A stretch of DNA of 64,000 nucleotides from positions 95,891 through 159,890 of IMG/VR virus record IMGVR_UViG_3300014204_000116. One strand, given 5' to 3'. The DNA comes from a virus. Lineage: Duplodnaviria; Caudoviricetes. Under the pieces are notes generated by a model. That model had not been told where the DNA came from. It saw only the letters and a program-made list of their open reading frames with translations, and did no database searches. The stretch's first letter is position 1. Every line of letters begins with the position of its first letter. Both the position numbers and the translations under genes were made by a program. Shown piece after piece: positions 17,277 to 26,100 of the stretch.

Positions 17277-17561
17277 ATGAAAGACAAACAAACCAAACGC
17301 GTAGAGGCGCTCAAGCGCCTTAGCCAACACATTGACGGGATGCGCCGGAGAGAAGCCGAAATTCGGCTCCAGATCAAAGAGGCGCAGAGTTCAAAAAGGA
17401 ACGTCAGGCCCAAGTCGTTGCTGGAGTCAATGATTGGGTCTCTTATCGATCCTGAATCTCTGCGCATTGACCTCGAAAGGATTGAGCGCCATATTGAGAG
17501 AGCTGTGCGAGAAGCTGCGCACCTTCAGCTAATAATAACAACGGGTAACAGAAAGGTATAG
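17277..17561 (+). CDS. coiled-coil hypothetical protein
   Basis: ORF tiling. Confidence 0.55.
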   Translation: MKDKQTKRVEALKRLSQHIDGMRRREAEIRLQIKEAQSSKRNVRPKSLLESMIGSLIDPESLRIDLERIERHIERAVREAAHLQLIITTGNRKV

Positions 17562-17565
17562 TGCT

Positions 17566-17826
17566 ATGGGCCAAAAATTTGTAACGGGTGACTCCCGTTT
17601 AGAATTCGACCGTCGTGTTAACTTACTACTCGACGAAGGGTATCGGGTGACATACGTCAACTGCCTATTTAATACCTATGAGCGCTGGTGGGCCGTCCTT
17701 GATGGCCCAGGGGAACCAGTGGAGTCTATGGCCTCAGATGCAGTTGTCGCCATGACCAAGATGGATGCGACGGTTCCTCAGCAAGACCGTTATCCGAATA
17801 AACTCATTTTAAGCTTAGCACCATAA
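17566..17826 (+). CDS. hypothetical protein
   Basis: ORF tiling. Confidence 0.55.
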   Translation: MGQKFVTGDSRLEFDRRVNLLLDEGYRVTYVNCLFNTYERWWAVLDGPGEPVESMASDAVVAMTKMDATVPQQDRYPNKLILSLAP

Positions 17827-17840
17827 CCATAATCACATTC

Positions 17841-18491
17841 ATGAAGATCGTAGAACCACACGCCATAATTGAAACACCAATACATGGCCAATTTGCCACC
17901 GATATCCTGGTGCACCTGGAGCGCTGTGCCCGCACATGCTATAAGAGCGAGGGCTACATCACCCCCGGCAGCGCGCCGGGGTTTATCAGCAACTTGATCC
18001 GCATGAAGAAGCACGAGTCTATCATCGAGCATGCGAGTGCCACTGTCCGGTTTATCTGTGATCGTGGCGTCACTCACGAAATTGTTCGGCATCGGCTCGC
18101 GGCTTACTCTCAGGAGTCTACCCGGTACTGCAATTACACCAATGATAAGTTCGACAACGAGATCACCGTGATTCGTCCTCTATTCTTCGAGGAAGGAAGC
18201 GAGGACTGGAATGACTGGTATGCGGCATGTAAGGAGGCCGAGGCGCGTTACATGAAGCTCATCAGCCGGGGTCGGACTCCCCAAGAGGCCAGATCTGTGC
18301 TGCCTAACAGCCTCAAGACCGAACTCGTCATGACGTGCAACATGCGGGAGTGGAGGCACGTTTTCTCACTACGCACGTCATCCAGAGCCCATCCTCAGAT
18401 GACCCAGGTCATGCGCCCACTCCTGGCCGAGTTTAAAACGCACCTGGAGCCGCTGTTCGGCGATCTGGGATGGGGCGTTACCGTATCCTAA
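17841..18491 (+). CDS. thyX: FAD-dependent thymidylate synthase
   Basis: HESIIEH, RGVTHEIVRHRLAAYSQESTRY (RHRx7S), EARSVLP, NMREWRH. Confidence 0.95.
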   Translation: MKIVEPHAIIETPIHGQFATDILVHLERCARTCYKSEGYITPGSAPGFISNLIRMKKHESIIEHASATVRFICDRGVTHEIVRHRLAAYSQESTRYCNYTNDKFDNEITVIRPLFFEEGSEDWNDWYAACKEAEARYMKLISRGRTPQEARSVLPNSLKTELVMTCNMREWRHVFSLRTSSRAHPQMTQVMRPLLAEFKTHLEPLFGDLGWGVTVS

Positions 18492-18503
18492 TGCTGACAA
18501 TTT

Positions 18504-18743
18504 ATGGACCCAAGACAAATGATGGTTCCGGTAAGACAGAAGCCGGTTGATTTCAAGATTCTGTCCAACGTAAGCACTGATCTCCTGGCAGCGGACATCA
18601 TCGACTACCTTAAAAAGGGGTGGGTGTTCCACGGAGAGATATCTCAATTCTCCGGCAAGCTTTGCCAGGCGATGGTGAAGATTGAAACGGAGCGCATGGA
18701 TATTCCAGGCAGTAACATCCTGGTGCCCCAGATGAGGGGTTAA
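18504..18743 (+). CDS. small hypothetical protein (DUF1737-like)
   Basis: YLKKGWVFHG..LCQAMVK. Confidence 0.55.
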   Translation: MDPRQMMVPVRQKPVDFKILSNVSTDLLAADIIDYLKKGWVFHGEISQFSGKLCQAMVKIETERMDIPGSNILVPQMRG

Positions 18744-18758
18744 CCGCCAAGGAAACAA

Positions 18759-19421
18759 ATGAACAGGATCACTGTTGGAATACTCTGCGGTCGTGGAGAG
18801 ACTGACGAGGCGCTGAAAGTGATACAGCGTATCAACAGTGATCCGCTCGTTGAAAATGTCCTGCCACTTTTTCCGGTAGCCCCGAGAAAGTGCGCAGGAC
18901 ATTACATTTACTATCCTCCGGCTGCGCAGAACAGACGCGGGGCGGCACGGACGGCGATGCTCGGGGTTTTATCCAAGCTATCGGATACGGACTACACCGT
19001 TATGCTGGACGACGATACCTTGCCTCTGCCGGGATATTTTGAGGCCATTGCCACGTTGAGCAAGACGGACGTGCCGACGCTTATGACTGGCAAGCTTTTG
19101 AACGCGGACGGCCAGCGTTGTTGGGATGTCTGTGCATTCGACGGGGATGTCCCGGTGATCATTCCGTACGAGTTTTGGGGCAGCGGGGCCTACGCAGATA
19201 CGTGCTATTTTTCCGGCCCACAGCACATCTTAAACGCAGCCGGAATGAAGCTGGCGGTGGCCACGGGCTACCCTGACATTAGCTATGGGGAAGACACCGC
19301 GTTTTGTAGACAATTCATCTCGAAAGGCGGAGTTCTTAGCCCGATACTGGGCATAACGGCTCAACTCCTTCATCAGCATAATGCGCCAAACTTATCGAAC
19401 TGTGGAGTTCACTGGAGTTGA
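18759..19421 (+). CDS. putative glycosyltransferase (GT-A/family 2-like)
   Basis: TDYTVMLDDD (DxD), YGEDTAFC. Confidence 0.65.
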   Translation: MNRITVGILCGRGETDEALKVIQRINSDPLVENVLPLFPVAPRKCAGHYIYYPPAAQNRRGAARTAMLGVLSKLSDTDYTVMLDDDTLPLPGYFEAIATLSKTDVPTLMTGKLLNADGQRCWDVCAFDGDVPVIIPYEFWGSGAYADTCYFSGPQHILNAAGMKLAVATGYPDISYGEDTAFCRQFISKGGVLSPILGITAQLLHQHNAPNLSNCGVHWS

Positions 19422-19595
19422 TGACACTTTATGACGTATGCCTGATGAATACCTGCGAGGTCTGGACGCCGTATTCTCTGCGCTTCGGGGGTCGCAGGAC
19501 TGTTCTGTAATTAAGCTGGTTGTGTTACTGGGCATATCGGTCATCTTAACAAAGGCTGTAATGAAAAAGATCAACGACATTTTTGGAAGGTAGCG

Positions 19596-19889
19596 ATGAA
19601 CTGCTCAAAGCTTAAGCCATTAGAAAAAAACGAAGTGTACATCGCCGTTGCCGACAGCGACGAGGTATTGTTATCGGGATATCTTCCATCCTGCGGGACA
19701 GGCAATCGCTATATCGTCGAGGCCATATTTGAGCCTATCAACAGGAATGTCGATAAGGTGTTGGTGCTGTATGCCCAGGGAAACGTGCAGCGTTTAGTGC
19801 CCAGGGCGTGGGTTAAAAAATTCAACGTCGAGACCCGAGGGATTACTCCGGCATGGAGCCGGGTATTGTCGGGCACGAAGGACGCATGA
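19596..19889 (+). CDS. hypothetical protein
   Basis: ORF tiling. Confidence 0.55.
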   Translation: MNCSKLKPLEKNEVYIAVADSDEVLLSGYLPSCGTGNRYIVEAIFEPINRNVDKVLVLYAQGNVQRLVPRAWVKKFNVETRGITPAWSRVLSGTKDA

Positions 19890-20134
19890 CTCGCGACGAC
19901 TATCGTAAAAGTCCTCAATTTAAGGATGCAGTGAGACGCATTTATATCCGCCTTTTGGCGATTTCAATCTTGGTGTCCGCATTCATCGGGTGGTTCTTCC
20001 ACGATATCATTGCCACCATCCGATCACCGATAGTCAGCATTACAGTCGGAGAGTTCACGGGCGTATTCATCCTGGTATACGTCACGGCTAATCTGATTCT
20101 TCACTGGCTGACAAGTGGCAGCCGCCGCAGGTAA
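19886..20134 (+). CDS. membrane protein
   Basis: two hydrophobic helices; ATGA overlap. Confidence 0.6.
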   Translation: MTRDDYRKSPQFKDAVRRIYIRLLAISILVSAFIGWFFHDIIATIRSPIVSITVGEFTGVFILVYVTANLILHWLTSGSRRR

Positions 20135-20147
20135 GTTATTATTTCTG

Positions 20148-20176
20148 TTGACACCGCTTCTGTAAGCTGCTATACT
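20148..20176 (+). promoter_or_regulatory. sigma70-type promoter (TTGACA-N17-TATACT, TGn extension)
   Basis: ATG 20185 follows after 8 nt. Confidence 0.85.
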
Positions 20177-20184
20177 CCTGGTCA

Positions 20185-21030
20185 ATGAAGCGACAATTTG
20201 TCATACACAATCGTTCGGCATTTCGCGACGAGGAGATCATTCCCCTCCTAAACTTCTCCTGGGACTGCGCTTGGGAGGCAGCTCCAACGGGCCATACCCA
20301 GATCAATCAACACCCGAGGTATAGCCGGTCACAGCCCCGCTACGGGGTATTTCTTACCGCAGAGGAACTGGACTTTCAACAGAGGCAGAATTGCATTTGG
20401 CATGTCCATCTCATAAAGAGCATACACATGCGTGCCGGGATGGCTTACGTCGGTTCGGGGCGTGTGCGCATTCGTCTTGGCGATCCTAAGAAGATCTCGG
20501 TTACATGGCCACGAAATGAAACCTATGGCAAGTTCAAAGATATGCCGGAGTTTCAGATTCGTTCCTGGCGCGAGATGATTATCAGGATTGCCGCACACGA
20601 ATTTGCGCATCTTACTGGCCACGACGGAGTAAAAGCTGGCGAAGAAAAGGCTGAGCTTACGGCGTGGGACGCGGTCGAAAAGTATCGCCAGATGCAGGCG
20701 GAAATAGACGGTGAAATAGATCGTCGGTGTGCCTGCGTAGACAAAAAGCGCGAATGTGCCGATGCCCGCGAAAGGGCTAAATTCGAGGAGAAGAACTCCA
20801 CTCAATTCAAGTTGGATAAGCTGGCCAAGGCCGAGGCCATATGGACCAGGAAGCTGCGGCTAGCGTCTACGAAGCTGAGTAAAATTCGGCGTTCTCGCTC
20901 CTGCATACTCGCGGCGCAGAGGCGCAGGCAGGCCGTTGCAAGTGATCCTTGCCCGCCACCACCGGCAGTCGATGCCGCGCCTGTTGAACAAAATATGCCC
21001 GCAGAAGTGTGCCCGGAATCTGTTCTTTGA
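20185..21030 (+). CDS. HExxH zinc-metallopeptidase-like protein with C-terminal coiled coil
   Basis: IAAHEFAHL..EEKAE. Confidence 0.6.
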   Translation: MKRQFVIHNRSAFRDEEIIPLLNFSWDCAWEAAPTGHTQINQHPRYSRSQPRYGVFLTAEELDFQQRQNCIWHVHLIKSIHMRAGMAYVGSGRVRIRLGDPKKISVTWPRNETYGKFKDMPEFQIRSWREMIIRIAAHEFAHLTGHDGVKAGEEKAELTAWDAVEKYRQMQAEIDGEIDRRCACVDKKRECADARERAKFEEKNSTQFKLDKLAKAEAIWTRKLRLASTKLSKIRRSRSCILAAQRRRQAVASDPCPPPPAVDAAPVEQNMPAEVCPESVL

Positions 21031-21040
21031 TTTAGAAACT

Positions 21041-21259
21041 ATGATAATTATTATCCACGGTGTAACAGGCAGCGACAACCACAGCGCAGTGGTTGGGGCC
21101 GTCGAGGCGCAGAGCCCGATGGCTGTTCGCGATGCCATGAAAAAGTATTTTCAGTCGTATGGCAGGGGCCAGCTTAATCGGCAGCGATTTGCTGAGCTGG
21201 TGACTTTCTCCGGCCTGAAGATTGTGCCCATCGCATCCATCGATTACGACCAGGTATGA
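21041..21259 (+). CDS. hypothetical protein
   Basis: ORF tiling; ATGA overlap with next gene. Confidence 0.55.
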   Translation: MIIIIHGVTGSDNHSAVVGAVEAQSPMAVRDAMKKYFQSYGRGQLNRQRFAELVTFSGLKIVPIASIDYDQV

Positions 21260-21675
21260 AGGCTTACTTAGCGGGCGCTATACTGGGACAGTCAGACGCC
21301 GAGTGCCGGGAATGGCGCAAGGATGCGGCCAAAGCCCTGGCTGAGATCGGTGTCGAGGCACTCGATCCTTTGCGGCGTGATTTTCGAGGCGTAGAGGTCG
21401 AAAACATGAGCGTCATCATTGATGCCAACATCGCTGACATCGAAGCGAGCGACATTGTCCTGGTTAAGGGAAACATTCCTTCCTGGGGGACGGCGATGGA
21501 AATTGTCTACGCCTACGGCATGGATAAGTTCATTGTGGTATGGGGCGTTGGTGACGTGATCTCTCCCTGGCTGAAGTTTCATACGGACGCCCAGGAGAAA
21601 ACCATGGAGTTGGCCCTGGCCAGGATCGTCGAGTTTATCGAGAGTACAAAACACATAGGTAGCAAAAGCAAATAG
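21256..21675 (+). CDS. nucleoside 2-deoxyribosyltransferase-like protein
   Basis: AYLAGAI..WR..LDP..DIEASDIVLV..SWGTAMEIVYA. Confidence 0.85.
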   Translation: MKAYLAGAILGQSDAECREWRKDAAKALAEIGVEALDPLRRDFRGVEVENMSVIIDANIADIEASDIVLVKGNIPSWGTAMEIVYAYGMDKFIVVWGVGDVISPWLKFHTDAQEKTMELALARIVEFIESTKHIGSKSK

Positions 21676-21678
21676 TTT

Positions 21679-22527
21679 ATGAGTGAATTACCAAAAACAC
21701 CGCCCGTTGCGACAGAGTTCCCCGTGAGCACAATTGAGGCTGCGGCTTATGCAGCTTCAGAATTTAGAAACAGCGTTGCCGCCGTGAGGGCAATCGCCGC
21801 CGTCGCGGGCAAGGTCATGACAATTCCTAACGTGAAAATGGCAGAGGTCATCGCGGCATGGGCCTACAAGCGCATGGACGCCTGCAAAACGCTGGAGGAT
21901 CAGAAGAAGGTGCTCGACGACGATCTCTTGAAATTTGGCCCCGAGGTCGCCGCCATCATCAATTCGCTTCACGTCCCACCGGGCACGAGTAACGAATTGA
22001 TGCAGGAGCTGTTCGTCAAATCCTCGGACAGTGCAAAGCTCATCCGCGTCTGCGAAACCATCGTGGGCCTGGCTGACACTTACCGGGAGCTGTCATCGGG
22101 CAGCCCGAGCCGATTGAGAGAGGCGCAGCTCCTCCTCAACTACGCACAGTTTGTCTACAATAATTCAGTTAGTAGGGTCGCTCCGACCGTGCTGGGTGAG
22201 CTGAGGCAGCTTATCATCGCGACGTCCAGCATTTGGAGCGCGGTATCGGCAACGGTGGAAGCATTTGAGACGAGGGTCAACCCGCCCGATATGATTCCGG
22301 TAAAGATCGTCGCCGTCTGCAACGAGCTGGGGACCGTGGCCGTGGTCATGATGAAGCCATCTTCGACTACCGAAGATGCGCGCAAAGCCGCCGACGATGC
22401 AAAGGGCAAGATCGGTGGGGCTCTGCACTCAGAGTCCGTGCTTTACGCGACCATTCCTGCACCCAAGCAGATCGAAGTGAAGGGCGTGGCATTGCCCGAG
22501 ATCGGAGCCGCTAACCCCGCTAGTTAG
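21679..22527 (+). CDS. hypothetical protein
   Basis: 282-aa ORF. Confidence 0.7.
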   Translation: MSELPKTPPVATEFPVSTIEAAAYAASEFRNSVAAVRAIAAVAGKVMTIPNVKMAEVIAAWAYKRMDACKTLEDQKKVLDDDLLKFGPEVAAIINSLHVPPGTSNELMQELFVKSSDSAKLIRVCETIVGLADTYRELSSGSPSRLREAQLLLNYAQFVYNNSVSRVAPTVLGELRQLIIATSSIWSAVSATVEAFETRVNPPDMIPVKIVAVCNELGTVAVVMMKPSSTTEDARKAADDAKGKIGGALHSESVLYATIPAPKQIEVKGVALPEIGAANPAS

Positions 22528-22532
22528 AAAGC

Positions 22533-22838
22533 GTGATTAGCCAGGAGATTACACTTACACCGGAACAGATTAACTGGGGCGTCTATGTGCAAAATCACAT
22601 AGACGCTTTTGGTTCTTGCCTCTACCCGTCGTGGTGCATACGGGCGATTTTCAAGACTAACTTCGAGGCCTTAAAGAGGATATACGCCGACAACCTGTGG
22701 GCTCTGCACTACGACGACGTACTCGATCTTTCGCTGATTACTGATGCCAGTCCTGGTGCAAGTAAACCGAACTCAATTCGTGAGGTCCAGCGCCGACTGC
22801 GCAAAGTTCACAGGGACAAGTGCCAGGGGAGTAGTTAG
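22533..22838 (+). CDS. hypothetical protein
   Basis: ORF tiling. Confidence 0.5.
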   Translation: MISQEITLTPEQINWGVYVQNHIDAFGSCLYPSWCIRAIFKTNFEALKRIYADNLWALHYDDVLDLSLITDASPGASKPNSIREVQRRLRKVHRDKCQGSS

Positions 22839-22843
22839 ACTTG

Positions 22844-23104
22844 ATGTCACTGACAGAATACATTGTAGACAGTTTGCTACAAGAATCTCCTAATCTTGAG
22901 ACGCTGAAGAAGCACAAGGTAGCCCTAACGCCGGACGAGAAGCGGAGTTTTAAGGAGTGCAGCCAGGATCAGTCAGCCACGGCCATGAAATCGGTCGTCA
23001 ACGGCAAGACCTGGTACGCATGCTATACGCACCGAGCTTGCCAGGTTAGCCCTACCCTCAAGGGCGCTCTAAAGGCTTATCCAGAAATTGCTGCTACCGG
23101 CTAG
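22844..23104 (+). CDS. small protein with N-terminal IVDSLLQE tag (candidate internal virion protein)
   Basis: GTAGTTA motif at 22831; MSLTEYIVDSLLQE. Confidence 0.65.
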   Translation: MSLTEYIVDSLLQESPNLETLKKHKVALTPDEKRSFKECSQDQSATAMKSVVNGKTWYACYTHRACQVSPTLKGALKAYPEIAATG

Positions 23105-23118
23105 CGCGTAGTTAAGCT

Positions 23119-26100
23119 GTGACGACGTTACGCACTCAACATGTGCCACCTGACACGGGCCAAGCTTCTGACACTCCAGGGACCGCCCAGGGAGTTGCGC
23201 GTGCACTTTTAGACAGTAGTCCTGAGCTTACTAGCGCCGAAATTGGCGACATGGCCGCATCCGCTGGAATTGGCAAGGTTGTCGCCCAAATCGCCGATGC
23301 CGATCCCCCGGAGGCAGCCGACATCCGCTCACCCCGTAACTGGTTCATTACAAAATGGGACGTGATGTACGGGGGTCAGAAGATTGGATACATCACCCGC
23401 AGCAGGGATAACCCGCTACAGTTTAGACCATTTACCACGATTAATCCGGCGTCCAAGTCCTGTAACTTTAGCCGCTTACGGGACGCCCTCGCCTGGGTCA
23501 TGGTTCATCGTGTGAAAAACTGGGCGGCGAGCGAGAGGCTTGCCCAACACGCCACAGTAGAGGAATCTCACACATCGAACGAGTCCTTAATATTGGTGCA
23601 TGAGGCCGAGGAGATCCAAATGTCGGACATCTGGAAGTCAGCGAATAAGCCCCAGCTCCGCAAGGACGATAAGGGTAAGGATGTACTCCACATCCCTCAC
23701 CTGGCTGCAATTACACCGGATCAGTGGGAGAAGATTTCAGGCATTATGCGGGGCAAAGGCTACGACTCACGTGGCGCTGCTGACGCCAGCCGGGCTGTCC
23801 AATCAATGCTGCGCAGGGCAGGTGAAAGTGGAGAGGCGAGAGTTTTAAAACACGAGGATTGGGTTGATACCATTGCCAAAGTCATTGGGTTGAAAGCGTC
23901 GTCACAAGAGCTTAAGGCTGGTGACAGGGCTGCAACGGCCCGCAAGGTATTCGCACGAGCGGTCAAGAGCTGGGGATTAACTAATAACCCAGACGTGGCT
24001 GGCTATATCCTTCCGAATGGCTCGATGCTGGACTTGTCCGGTGGATCGGGGCGGCGTGCTTACGACCACCGGCAGGTTGGGTCATTCCTTGAGCCTTCTG
24101 AACAGGGGCGTGGAGCCACAGATTGCATGCACGAGTTCATGGATCTGGGGGCTATACGCTGGATGCCAGAAGGCCCAGGTATGGATATTCGCGTGCCACC
24201 CACCAAGGCGCAGTATGCCCAAATTGCCCGTATTAAGGACGAGGCGCATGGTCAGCTCTATCTCGACGTGTATTCGCCGAACTATGGCAAGGCCTACCGT
24301 GGATACGGTCCTAGCCATACCAGCCAGCGCGTCGTCAATGACATCGTCTCGTTTTACAAGACGGGCAAACTGGGGCATATGCCCGAGGTTCAGCAATTTC
24401 ACGGGATGGGAGAGTCTGAAGAGTCTGAGTTTTTTAAGTCTTTTACGTCGTCTAAGTACGCGAAAGAGATTGAATTTTGGAACATAGCCACTACTCCGAT
24501 GCTTCTTATCAGCACTCTCCGGGATCTTAAAGTTCCAGCGGCAGCCTTCGTAGAAATCAGTGTAGCACTGACAGAAGAAGTTCTTCCGAAGTTTGAAGAG
24601 GCGTACTCCGAAAATCTCCAACCGCGTAAGGCGATAGAGGCTGCAAAAGCTTGGCTCAAGGATAGAACAGCGGCTAACGCTGAAGCGGCTGAAACGGCTG
24701 ACTATGCTGCTGCGGTTGCTGCTGACCATGTCGCTTCTTATTCTTCTAGTGCTTCTTATGTTGCTTCTGCTGCTTCTTACACTGCCAGGGCTGCTCACAC
24801 TGCCCATAACTCTCAGCGGGCTTCTTACGATGCTTATGCCATTAACGCGATATTCTATTACACCGCTAAGGCAGGCCTTTCTGCCACGCGCATGGTGGAT
24901 ATCATCAAGAGAGTGGGCCACCAATATTTTGCATTCTTACCCCTGAGTAAGTCGAGTAAGGTAGCGGAAGCTGGCGAAACTTTAGATCCTGCCGAGTTCG
25001 TTAAGTCTTACCATGCGGATAAGTACGGGTCTAAGATCAGAGATTGGAGCTTGGTCTCTGAGCCTGTGGCTCTTCTTCGCATACTGGAGTCTCTCAATGC
25101 TCCGAAGTCAACCTACGTAGAAATCAACATAGCCTTGGCAGAAGAAGTTCTTCCGGTGTTTGAGAAGAAGCGTCCCAAAGATCTCCGCCCCCGAAAAGCG
25201 ATAGAAGCGGCCAAAGCTTGGTTTAAGGACAGGACATCGGCCAATGCTCAGATCGTCCTCGATGTCTCTCAGGGTGCCTGGAAGGCTACCAACGCCTGTA
25301 CTAGTTCCCCAGAACACGCCGCTTTTGCCATATATTATGCTACTGTCAGTGTTACTGCTGAGACTGTTAGCCCTAGCGGCGCTTGGACTGCTATTGATGC
25401 TGCCCATTACACTGTTGCTGACGTTATTAATGCAGGCATTCCTAAGCAACGCGTGGCAGACATCATCAGGGAAGTGGGGCGAAGTTATTTTGGATTCTTA
25501 CCCCAGGAAGGGCATGAAAAGGCAGAAGAGCCAGCCGTAGGCGAAGCTTTAGATCCTTCTGAGTTTGTTAAATCCTACACCACGGCCAAATACCAAAAGG
25601 CTATCCATGATTGGGGTACAGCTACTACTCCTGGGGATCTTAATCTCGTTCTTAAATCTCTCAAAGCTCCCAAGGCAGCTTTTGTAGAGGTTGCCATAGC
25701 ATTTGCCGAAGAAGTTCTTCCAATGGTTGAAAAGGTGTTGCCCAATGATCTTCGACCTCGGCAAGCGATAGAAGCTGCCAAAGTTTGGCTTAAAGACAGA
25801 ACAGAAGCTAATGCTCAAGCCGCTAACGAAGCTTCTGACGAAGCTCTGGCTGCTTCTGCCGATGCCGCTACTGAATCTTATACTGCCTGGAATGCTGTTC
25901 AAACTGCTGCTCGGGCTGCTAATATGGCTTGGGTTGCTTCTACCGATGATGACGCCGGGATGGTTTATAAATACGCTTCTTATATCAATTATTACACCAC
26001 CAGGGCCGGTCTCTCTAACCAGCGTGCCATGGACATCTTTAGGGAAATTGGTGGGAGATACTTTTCGTTCTTAGCCCAGAGTCCAAGCGAGGGCATGGCC

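Noticed and set aside
58-22428. Many minus-strand ORFs in the ORF track across the early region
   Set aside because: They are antisense shadows of a tightly tiled plus-strand gene run and have no motifs or promoters.
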